Shown: positions 41,343 to 47,969 of the stretch, piece by piece
How positions within the stretch are numbered: the first letter of the stretch is position 1
Layout of the letters: each line of letters starts with the position of its first letter
IMG/VR virus record: IMGVR_UViG_3300021962_000072
Location: 1-64,000 of that record
Source: an uncultured virus (IMG/VR IMGVR_UViG_3300021962_000072)
Taxonomy: Duplodnaviria; Heunggongvirae; Uroviricota; Caudoviricetes
Direction: 5' to 3' (one strand)
DNA length: 64,000 nt
Position numbers and translations under genes: made by a program
Notes under the pieces: model-generated
Told to the model about the DNA's origin: nothing
The model's database searches: none
Seen by the model: only the letters and a program-made list of their open reading frames with translations

Positions 41343-42012
41343 TGAAGAGATCCTTATAAATGAAACTCATGTTTTCTTCTCCCCAGAGGACGTGAGATCT
41401 TAAACTATTCTTGAACATGATTTCAAGATTGTATCTATGGTCGATCTGATCTCCTGTTTCGTCTAATCTAAATTTAGCTGTCTCGTGTATGATTCCGTCC
41501 ATGTAAACAGCTTCTACAAAAGGGTCTGATACAGGAACACATCCGTACCAATCAATCGCCCTCATGTTATTTTGATCATCGATGTAATGGCAGTGCGGAT
41601 ACATCGTGAGTTTGTATACACCATCTCGGTATTGATCTTTAATTATGTCTTTTATCTGTTGTTTCCAAATATCTTTAGGCCAAAACTTCCCACCATACAT
41701 AATTTGATTACAGGTTTCGTTATACCATTTGATGTAGATCTTTTTATTTTTTAAATCTATGTCAACAACTTCTGGAGCATATGGTTTATTTTTAAAAAAT
41801 TCTAACCATTTGATTTCGTTATTAAAAAACCAATCAACTACTTCTCTAGTATACAAAGGTCTCGGGTATCCTGTTAATTTTTGGTATTCGTTATCCTGAT
41901 CGTAGTTTTTACAAAAAGTTTTGCCATCCTCGCTAACTAACGGTTCATAGGTCTGCTGGGCCATACAGCGATTGCCCTGCTCATCTAATTTAAAGTATTG
42001 ATTCCAAATCAT
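41335..42012 (-). CDS. Protein-kinase-like fold protein
   Basis: NEI...APEVVDID; GVYKLTMYPHCHY; RAIDWYG (DFG-like). Confidence 0.45.
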   Translation of the reverse strand: MIWNQYFKLDEQGNRCMAQQTYEPLVSEDGKTFCKNYDQDNEYQKLTGYPRPLYTREVVDWFFNNEIKWLEFFKNKPYAPEVVDIDLKNKKIYIKWYNETCNQIMYGGKFWPKDIWKQQIKDIIKDQYRDGVYKLTMYPHCHYIDDQNNMRAIDWYGCVPVSDPFVEAVYMDGIIHETAKFRLDETGDQIDHRYNLEIMFKNSLRSHVLWGEENMSFIYKDLFNA

Positions 42013-42983
42013 TGTATTCTTTTTGGTATTTTACTGTCTGCTGAACTTACACAAGTTTCTGTTACACAGACCTTAGGTTCTTTAAAAATTTGGAAATCCT
42101 CCAAAGTTCCTAAGGGTTCTTCTTTGCAACTGTAAGCACGTTTTACTTCATTTCCTCTGATCACTAGACTTTGATACCCGCTGTTGCAGGTCCAATTTTT
42201 AAATTTATTAAATCCAAAAGCATTAAATCTTTCTGCTTGATCAAAGTAATAATCTGTTGTTCCGTTGTTTAAACGGATTTGATATACATTTTCATCTTCA
42301 GATCTTTGGGGAAATCCTGTTTGCATAATCTTTATCATTTCGTCAGTGTACCCTTCTACTACACGGCTAGCAGTAGGATCACTTTGGGGTTTCAATGTGA
42401 CGTTGATACCTTTCCTGTGGAATCGATCGCAGCGTTCATACAGCTCATAGAATCGATCAGGCACCATTACTTGATTGATAGTTACATGCACACGCTCATA
42501 CATTAGTTGCAAACACTTGTCTCCAAACTCTTGCTCTTTGGCAAACTCCTCGTGAAAGCTGGCTGTGATGCTTCTTCTTTGTAATAAACAAGTATTACTA
42601 CACCAGGTGTTCCACCATTTGCTTCCCGGACTAAGATTAGTAGTCATATGCACACTTTGATAGGAACTTTCCTTCTCGTCCAAATACTTGACTAAGTCAT
42701 TTAGATGTTTATAAGCAGTTGGCTCGCCGCCGCTGAAGCTCCAATGGAACTCTGTGAATCCGTTCGAACGGGCTTGACTTTTAATTTGATCAATTGTATT
42801 CTTATACACATCAAGTGATTGGTAGTCTTGTTGATCGCTTCTGGCGTAGGGCCAACAGTAGCTACATTTGTAATTGCAGAACCTGCCCAGTATCCAACTT
42901 ATGTTGAACAGTGGACGATCTAACATTGTTTGTTGACCAAACGATTTTATAGACTGCCAAGAAATTTTTTCGTAATTCATCAT
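42009..42983 (-). CDS. Radical SAM protein
   Basis: CNYKCSYC and GGEP. Confidence 0.9.
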   Translation of the reverse strand: MMNYEKISWQSIKSFGQQTMLDRPLFNISWILGRFCNYKCSYCWPYARSDQQDYQSLDVYKNTIDQIKSQARSNGFTEFHWSFSGGEPTAYKHLNDLVKYLDEKESSYQSVHMTTNLSPGSKWWNTWCSNTCLLQRRSITASFHEEFAKEQEFGDKCLQLMYERVHVTINQVMVPDRFYELYERCDRFHRKGINVTLKPQSDPTASRVVEGYTDEMIKIMQTGFPQRSEDENVYQIRLNNGTTDYYFDQAERFNAFGFNKFKNWTCNSGYQSLVIRGNEVKRAYSCKEEPLGTLEDFQIFKEPKVCVTETCVSSADSKIPKRIQ

Positions 42984-43065
42984 CCAGTGTATTTACAGAA
43001 CATAAATAACTGTGTACAATATTTAGAATGTTGTAAAAATACCACATTATAGTGTACTTTTTAGA

Positions 43066-43094
43066 TTGACAACTAAATAAAGTTACATTATAAT
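43066..43094 (+). promoter_or_regulatory. Sigma70-type promoter P1
   Basis: TTGACA-17-TATAAT. Confidence 0.8.
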
Positions 43095-43127
43095 TTTTGC
43101 AATGGTTAGGAAGAATGCCAAAATAGG

Positions 43128-43156
43128 TTGACAAGCTTCTTAACAGTTGTTATAGT
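43128..43156 (+). promoter_or_regulatory. Sigma70-type promoter P2
   Basis: TTGACA-17-TATAGT. Confidence 0.8.
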
Positions 43157-43195
43157 AAGAACATCGCTGGAAACAGCACAAGGAAAGAAAAGCAA

Positions 43196-43339
43196 ATGAA
43201 ACAATTATCGTTACATAGACAAGCGAAACAGATAGCCCAGTTGGGAGGCTTTATGCCCTCATATTGGTCTGTATGTGAGATTAGTCTATCTAATGATCGT
43301 ACACCAGAATCGGGGTCCTCGGAGGATCGTGTAGCGTAA
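43196..43339 (+). CDS. Putative attenuator leader peptide, 47 aa (MKQLSLHRQAKQIAQLGGFMPSYWSVCEISLSNDRTPESGSSEDRVA)
   Basis: AAGGA upstream; all 20 amino acids occur by codon 36; the 3' end overlaps the antiterminator strand. Confidence 0.65.
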   Translation: MKQLSLHRQAKQIAQLGGFMPSYWSVCEISLSNDRTPESGSSEDRVA

Positions 43340-43369
43340 ACAAAACTACACAAACTTCAAAAGGACCCC
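43312..43369 (+). promoter_or_regulatory. Antiterminator hairpin
   Basis: Nested helices GGGGTCCT/AGGACCCC, GGAG/CTTC and GTGTAG/CTACAC enclose the leader stop codon. Confidence 0.7.
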
Positions 43370-43397
43370 AGGATTAAAAACCCTGGGGTTTTTGTTT
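43365..43397 (+). terminator. Rho-independent terminator, mutually exclusive with the antiterminator
   Basis: ACCCCAGG-loop-CCTGGGGT followed by TTTTGTTT. Confidence 0.85.
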
Positions 43398-43411
43398 GCC
43401 GAAAGGAACAG

Positions 43412-43570
43412 ATGGAATTTGAGATAGATGACGATTACAAAGTTGAGCACAGTGAAGGATTTGTTTTAACTGAAGAACAATTTAAGAAATTAATTGAATC
43501 TAAAGTGAAAAGAAACACATTTTTTTACTCGTTAGACAAAGTGCGGGAACGTAAGGAAGACCTTTCGTAG
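43412..43570 (+). CDS. 52-aa hypothetical protein (MEFEIDDDYK...), not in the ORF track
   Basis: AAAGGA RBS; first ORF past the attenuator; TAG stop. Confidence 0.55.
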   Translation: MEFEIDDDYKVEHSEGFVLTEEQFKKLIESKVKRNTFFYSLDKVRERKEDLS

Positions 43571-43577
43571 AACGCGA

Positions 43578-43804
43578 AGTGTGATAGGGAACGCGACCCT
43601 GCAGGGCACTATAAAAATCTTGCTACTAATGTGGGCGGCCTACCGGATGGTAAGTCTAGGGCGACAACCTAGATGCGTAAAATGGTAGCGTATTAAAGTG
43701 TTCTATCGACCTCTGAACAAGGCGGCGCATAGCGTACATAGAGCACTTTAATACACACTCTTCATTCAGCCCCTGACGCTGTCTAAAACCATAGGGAAGA
43801 GTGT
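43578..43804 (+). ncRNA. Unknown structured RNA(s)
   Basis: 17-bp stem 43690-43706/43738-43754; 9-bp stem 43755-43763/43796-43804; GCTACTA/TGGTAGC and TCTAGG/CCTAGA helices. Confidence 0.5.
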
Positions 43805-43818
43805 TTAACCAAAAAGTA

Positions 43819-43846
43819 TTGACAAGTAAAATAACTTGTATATAAT
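43819..43846 (+). promoter_or_regulatory. Sigma70-type promoter upstream of the large ncRNA
   Basis: TTGACA-16-TATAAT. Confidence 0.7.
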
Positions 43847-43852
43847 AGAGAC

Positions 43853-44740
43853 TTAGGGCAGTTTATTGTCCTGTAGCGTATGGTTCGCCCAGCGTTACGA
43901 AGAATAACTGTGGTGACACAGCCAAAGCTAGAATGCCTACATACTAGCGCCAGCAATGGTTCACGTAAACAAGCCTGCTCACTACCGCGAGGTAGCGTTC
44001 ACTGATAAGACCGGTGGATGTAACTGTGAAGCAAGTGTTAGGGAAAGAATGTGCGTCGACAGGCCGTAAGGAACCTGGGCGTATGAAAAGTAACAGGTGG
44101 TGCTGACTTCCTAACAAAACCAACTTGCGAACAGGTATGAGAAAGGGTAGTGCATTGGTTCGAGATGTTGCAGTCAAGAGCTCGTGTGCAATGTTAATGG
44201 TTAGTGGACTGTTTTGATGCAGGACACCGATCGTGAAACATCACTGAGTAGTCCGCAAGACAAAAGGTATGTGGTGAGTTGTATTCAGTAGTCCAAAAGA
44301 TTATTGAGCAACAGAGGTAGCTCATCACGGTAGGTTCGATATAGCTCATTCGGTAGAGCATCTGTATGTTAAACAGACGGCAGTTGGTTCGATTCCAACT
44401 ATCAACACAAAAATGCAAAGACTGCCTCGGTCATACGTGAAAAGCATCTAATGCTTGACACGCAAGTGAATCAAGCCTAGTAAAGCTCGCAAGGTGATAC
44501 TAGTTTGTATTGGAAGTTTCGTAAAGTGTTAGCGCACTTGAATGGCTCGCAAGGTCAACGGGATAGATGATACAGAATAGCGTATGACGACAAGACTACT
44601 GCCTGTCTTTAAAAACGGCGATGCTGGTAGCAGACATAGGTACCGCAAGGGCTTATGTGGATGTCGAGAGAAGCTGTGCTCGCAAGGTGCAGTATAATGC
44701 TCGAGGTGTTACTGGTTAAAGTGTAATCTCAGCTTTAACA
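43853..44740 (+). ncRNA. Large structured ncRNA, GOLLD-like
   Basis: ~0.9 kb with no credible ORF; six CGCAAG (GNRA) capped hairpins plus GCGA/GTAA loops; embedded tRNA; terminal hairpin GTTAAAGT/GCTTTAAC; adjacent to a phage tRNA array. Family assignment is from size and context only. Confidence 0.6.
44334..44407 (+). tRNA. tRNA-Asn(GTT)-like element embedded in the large ncRNA; imperfect acceptor stem, no CCA
   Basis: TAGCTCATTCGGTAGAGC D arm; TCTGT-ATGTTAA-ACAGA; GTTGG-TTCGATT-CCAAC. Confidence 0.65.
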
Positions 44741-44827
44741 CTATTCTAAAACATATTGGCCACAGCCTAGACGCATAGAAATAGGATGCATAGCATATTG
44801 TCGTCAGTGTATTTCAGAATAGTTTTT

Positions 44828-44912
44828 GGATGTGTAGGAAAATTGGTAACCCCAGTGGACTGTAAATCCGCCGCCTCTGGCACTGCTGGTTCGACTCCAG
44901 CCGCATCCACCA
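44828..44912 (+). tRNA. tRNA-Tyr(GTA)
   Basis: Cloverleaf, long variable arm, CCA. Confidence 0.9.
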
Positions 44913-44918
44913 AAGAAT

Positions 44919-44993
44919 GTATCCCTAGTGTCAACGGCAGCACGACAGTCTCCAAAACTGCTAGTCGGGGTTCGAATCCCTGGGGGTACGCCA
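44919..44993 (+). tRNA. tRNA-Trp(CCA)
   Basis: Anticodon loop CTCCAAA; CCA end. Confidence 0.9.
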
Positions 44994-45090
44994 GTAAAGT
45001 CTTAATGGGAGAGTTGCGGGAGGAGACTTTTACGTAAAGTCGCCGCTCACTCTTAAACAACAGCCCTGTGTGTCCCTTAGCAGTTTTTAT

Positions 45091-45166
45091 GCACGGTTCG
45101 TCTATCGGTCGAGGACGCTGCCCTTTCAAGGCGGAAAGACGGGTTCGATTCCCGTACCGTGTACCA
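45091..45166 (+). tRNA. tRNA-Glu(TTC)
   Basis: Loop CTTTCAA; CCA end. Confidence 0.9.
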
Positions 45167-45171
45167 GTTAT

Positions 45172-45249
45172 GCACCGGTGGCAGAGAGGCCCAATGCAGT
45201 GGATTGCAAATCCATAAAACCGTAGGTTCAAATCCTACCCGGTGCTCCA
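45172..45249 (+). tRNA. tRNA-Cys(GCA)
   Basis: Loop TTGCAAA; U73 discriminator; CCA. Confidence 0.9.
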
Positions 45250-45278
45250 TTGACAAACTAATTTTTATACTATACACT
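45250..45278 (+). promoter_or_regulatory. Sigma70-type promoter for the nuclease-like ORF
   Basis: TTGACA-17-TACACT, 5 nt before the ATG (probably leaderless). Confidence 0.6.
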
Positions 45279-45283
45279 GTAGT

Positions 45284-45784
45284 ATGGGAATTAAATTTAG
45301 AAAATCATTAGCTGTAGGCCAAGTATGGGAATCCAAGATGGAGAAATGGATGGACCAATACTTCGCTAATACAAACTGGGAAGTCAATGATACCCGAGAC
45401 GTACATAGAGACGAGGACGGAGATCAATTTCCCGACTATGTTCTTTACAATACTGAGACAGAAAAGATCTGTTTTATAGATGCTAAGAAAAGAAACTGTT
45501 ACGAAATGTATGGTCAAAGATACTTTGGCTTTGATGAACGATTCTATAACAGTTATAAAAACATAGCTAAGAAACACGATACAAAAGTTTACATAGGATT
45601 CAATGATCCTAAGTTTGATCCAGACCATGTCTATATCCTAGACATGGATCTACCTCACAGTAAAAAATTATTCTTTAGTAATGAGCATGGCACTAGTTAT
45701 GCTTATCGTTGGAGTGTAGACATTCTAACAAAATTTAAAATCGAAGGAAGTGTGGCAGAGTCCGGTTTATTGCACCTGTCTTGA
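45284..45784 (+). CDS. PD-(D/E)XK nuclease-like protein inserted in the tRNA array
   Basis: GQVWE...FPDY...FIDAKKR motif order; the 3' end runs into tRNA-Ser. Confidence 0.65.
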   Translation: MGIKFRKSLAVGQVWESKMEKWMDQYFANTNWEVNDTRDVHRDEDGDQFPDYVLYNTETEKICFIDAKKRNCYEMYGQRYFGFDERFYNSYKNIAKKHDTKVYIGFNDPKFDPDHVYILDMDLPHSKKLFFSNEHGTSYAYRWSVDILTKFKIEGSVAESGLLHLS

Positions 45785-45835
45785 AAACAGACGATCAGAA
45801 ATGGTCCGTGAGTTCGAATCTCACCGCTTCCGCCA
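45746..45835 (+). tRNA. tRNA-Ser(TGA)
   Basis: Loop CTTGAAA; long variable arm; G73; CCA. Confidence 0.9.
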
Positions 45836-45841
45836 ACATTA

Positions 45842-45916
45842 GGTCTCAAAGTGTTCATGGACGCACATCAGCCTGTCACGCTGAAAGAAGGGGATCGTTA
45901 CCCCTTGGGACCGCCA
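45842..45916 (+). tRNA. tRNA-Asp(GTC)
   Basis: Loop CTGTCAC; T-loop variant ATCGTTA. Confidence 0.9.
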
Positions 45917-45918
45917 AC

Positions 45919-45993
45919 GGTAACGTAGCATAATGGTCGTGCAACAGCTTCATACGCTGCAAGGTATAGGTTCGAGTCCTATCGTTACCACCA
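45919..45993 (+). tRNA. tRNA-Met/Ile2(CAT)
   Basis: Loop TTCATAC; G1-C72 paired. Confidence 0.85.
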
Positions 45994-46003
45994 AATAAAA
46001 TTT

Positions 46004-46078
46004 GCCTCAGTAGCTCAGTGGTAGAGCAACGTCTTGATAAGGCGTAGGTCGGTGGATCGTTCCCACCCTGCGGCACCA
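46004..46078 (+). tRNA. tRNA-Ile(GAT)
   Basis: Loop TTGATAA; T-loop ATCGTTC. Confidence 0.9.
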
Positions 46079-46081
46079 AGT

Positions 46082-46305
46082 TTGTAGCGTTAGCAAGTAA
46101 AAAGCACATTGTAAAAAGGTTCGAAACTTAATACAATGTAGAGCAGGAGGGGGTTCGACTCCCCACCGTCCATTCCGGGCGGTAGCTGAAGTGGAAGCGC
46201 CTGGCTTAGTAGCCCAAGTAACATGTCCTGGAAAACCTCCGCATAAGGAAGTCCGGCTCTGTATGCGTAAACACTAGCGATGAACCTGAGGACGCTAGGC
46301 TACAA
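46082..46305 (+). ncRNA. Unknown ~225-nt structured RNA with two T-loop-like hairpins
   Basis: Closing stem TTGTAGC/GCTACAA; ACATTGTA/TACAATGT enclosing AAGGTTCGAAACTT; GGGGG-TTCGACT-CCCC; CTAGCG/CGCTAG. Confidence 0.6.
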
Positions 46306-46314
46306 TCCTTTAAC

Positions 46315-46393
46315 CTGGGTGTAATGTCAATCTGCGTAGACGGCGATCTTTGGAAGATCGAGGTTGTAGGTTCGAATCCTACCATCCAGACCA
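46315..46393 (+). tRNA. tRNA-Pro(TGG), atypical D arm
   Basis: CGATC-TTTGGAA-GATCG; CCA. Confidence 0.8.
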
Positions 46394-46396
46394 ATT

Positions 46397-46471
46397 CGGC
46401 CTGTAGCTCAGTGGAAGAGTTCTGGTCTTCGAAACCAGCTGTCGGGAGTTCGAATCTCTCCAGGCCGGCCA
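46397..46471 (+). tRNA. tRNA-Arg(TCG)
   Basis: Loop CTTCGAA. Confidence 0.85.
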
Positions 46472-46473
46472 AT

Positions 46474-46549
46474 ACCCCTGTAACTCATTGGACAGAGTAC
46501 GATGCTACGAACATCGGAGTAGGAGGTTCGATTCCTTCCAGGGGTGCCA
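46474..46549 (+). tRNA. tRNA-Arg(ACG)
   Basis: Loop CTACGAA. Confidence 0.9.
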
Positions 46550-46556
46550 GAAATAT

Positions 46557-46641
46557 GCGAGCGTGGTGGAATTGGTATACACAGCAGACTTAAAATCTGC
46601 CGCCTTCGGGATTGAGGGATCGTGACCCTCCGCTCGCACCA
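46557..46641 (+). tRNA. tRNA-Leu(TAA)
   Basis: Loop CTTAAAA; variable arm; T-loop ATCGTGA. Confidence 0.9.
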
Positions 46642-46644
46642 AAT

Positions 46645-46726
46645 GCCCCTGTGGCCAAATTGGTAAAGGCAGCTCTCTCAAAAGGAGTGTTAGTTTCTCC
46701 CGGTTCGAGTCCGGGCAGGGGTACCA
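46645..46726 (+). tRNA. tRNA-Leu(CAA)
   Basis: Loop CTCAAAA; shortened variable region. Confidence 0.85.
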
Positions 46727-46903
46727 TTAAAGGAGAAAACAAAATGGGGCGATCGCAGTTATTATTTTGGTTGTAGTAGGATTAATTTGGATAGACAAAA
46801 ATTTAAAATAGGAGAATGGCATGAAGGTAGGTAAACCTTAGTGTCGCCCGGTACTCCGTGTGGTCCGGGTTGGCACAGTAAATCAATCTAATACGGACTA
46901 TAC

Positions 46904-46979
46904 GGAGGTATAGCTCAATGGCTAGAGCAACCGGCTTTTAACCGGTAGGTTCAGGGTTCGAGTCCCTGTGCCTCCACCA
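46904..46979 (+). tRNA. tRNA-Lys(TTT)
   Basis: Loop CTTTTAA. Confidence 0.9.
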
Positions 46980-46984
46980 ATTTT

Positions 46985-47060
46985 GCTGCTTTAGCTGATG
47001 TGGTCATAGCACCGGTCTGAAGAACCGAGGAACGTGGTTCGATCCCACGAGGCAGCACCA
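46985..47060 (+). tRNA. tRNA-Phe(GAA)
   Basis: Loop CTGAAGA. Confidence 0.9.
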
Positions 47061-47065
47061 AATAT

Positions 47066-47139
47066 AGCGGTATGGTGTAATGGTAACACAACTGACTTTG
47101 ACTCAGTCGTTCTAGGTTCGAGCCCTGGTACCGCCGCCA
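47066..47139 (+). tRNA. tRNA-Gln(TTG)
   Basis: Loop CTTTGAC. Confidence 0.9.
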
Positions 47140-47145
47140 CACAAT

Positions 47146-47219
47146 GGTGTCTTTAGTGTAGTGGTAGCAAAGCTGACTGTGAATCAGCAGGCGAGGGTTC
47201 GATTCCCCAAGGCACCCCA
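47146..47219 (+). tRNA. tRNA-His(GTG)
   Basis: Loop CTGTGAA; G-1/C73. Confidence 0.9.
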
Positions 47220-47230
47220 AGGAGATAATT

Positions 47231-47416
47231 ATGAAGCCTGTAACTTTTGAAAACATTCTTAATCACGAAAAATTTGTTTGTGAGAACACGCGAGATGTGC
47301 AGGTAATAGATGGTGTTGAATATCTCGTCGTTCATAGGCCTAGTCAGGAAAGACGATTCTTAATGCGCAAGGATACTCTAAAAAAATTAGAAAAGAGACT
47401 TGACACAGCTAAGTAA
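47231..47416 (+). CDS. Hypothetical protein (61 aa)
   Basis: AAGGAG RBS. Confidence 0.7.
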   Translation: MKPVTFENILNHEKFVCENTRDVQVIDGVEYLVVHRPSQERRFLMRKDTLKKLEKRLDTAK

Positions 47417-47427
47417 TTTGCTATAAT
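47400..47427 (+). promoter_or_regulatory. Sigma70-type promoter inside the tRNA array
   Basis: TTGACA-16-TATAAT with extended -10 TG. Confidence 0.7.
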
Positions 47428-47435
47428 AGATTTAT

Positions 47436-47519
47436 GCCCCGGTGGTGGAATGGTAGACACGTTGGTCTTAGAAGCCAATGTCGCAAGGCGTGAGAGTTCG
47501 AGTCTCTCCTGGGGCACCA
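47436..47519 (+). tRNA. tRNA-Leu(TAG)
   Basis: Loop CTTAGAA; variable arm. Confidence 0.9.
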
Positions 47520-47528
47520 AGGATAATC

Positions 47529-47750
47529 ATGGAAGAGATTAATTTCGCAAAATTTACCAAAGACATGGCGGACTTTGAAAAGAAACTGCCTAATGTCGAC
47601 TTCGTAGTAGAACAAGTTGAAAGCCCTCATGACGCAGACGAAATAATGTGGGTACTTGAGATACAAGGGGACAAACTTCATTTTCCTACATATAAAGAAA
47701 TGAAACAGTATCTAACTAAAGTTTCTAAAGAGATAGGGAAAAAGAAATAA
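47529..47750 (+). CDS. Hypothetical protein
   Basis: ATG after AAGGA, downstream of the tRNA. Confidence 0.65.
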   Translation: MEEINFAKFTKDMADFEKKLPNVDFVVEQVESPHDADEIMWVLEIQGDKLHFPTYKEMKQYLTKVSKEIGKKK

Positions 47751-47825
47751 GCATCGTTAGCTCAGTGGTAGAGCAGGGCCCTTACAAGGCCAAGGTCGGG
47801 AGTTCAACCCTCTCACGATGCACCA
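47751..47825 (+). tRNA. tRNA-Val(TAC)
   Basis: Loop CTTACAA. Confidence 0.9.
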
Positions 47826-47830
47826 AAAAT

Positions 47831-47929
47831 GCCTCCGTAGCTTAATGGTAAAGAAGCGAGCTTATACCTCGCCAAAGCACAGGCCAGATAAGCCTGAGTG
47901 TGCAGGTTCGAGTCCTGCCGGAGGCACCA
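47831..47929 (+). tRNA. tRNA with TAT anticodon (Ile AUA) and a ~29-nt variable arm
   Basis: GCCTCCG/CGGAGGC-A-CCA; GCGAG-CTTATAC-CTCGC; variable arm CAGGC/GCCTG. Confidence 0.8.
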
Positions 47930-47969
47930 ATTTATTATAGAAAACTATTTTTCTATAATATATACAAAT

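Noticed and set aside
13341..42983. RiPP cluster with a precursor peptide
   Set aside because: No small precursor-like ORF, RRE domain, protease or exporter is visible; intergenic gaps are too small.
44250..44690. CRISPR array or tandem repeat from recurring CGCAAG
   Set aside because: Only 6-9 nt, irregularly spaced and flanked by complementary arms; these are tetraloop hairpins.
43853..44740. rRNA fragment or group I/II intron
   Set aside because: No recognisable rRNA signature segments, no interrupted host gene and no intron-encoded ORF; not formally excluded without a covariance-model search.
46082..46305. tmRNA
   Set aside because: No Ala-type acceptor ends or CCA, and no tag reading frame.
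46744..46811. Small membrane-peptide gene after tRNA-Leu(CAA)
   Set aside because: The ATG frame stops after 10 codons and the hydrophobic stretch is in another frame; at best a frameshifted remnant.
43944..47681. ORF-track entries overlapping tRNAs and ncRNAs (e.g. 43944-44177, 44194-44418, 44767-45231, 46206-46472, 46324-46593, 46951-47256, 47421-47681)
   Set aside because: Shadow ORFs of structured RNA genes, with no RBS or protein-like features.
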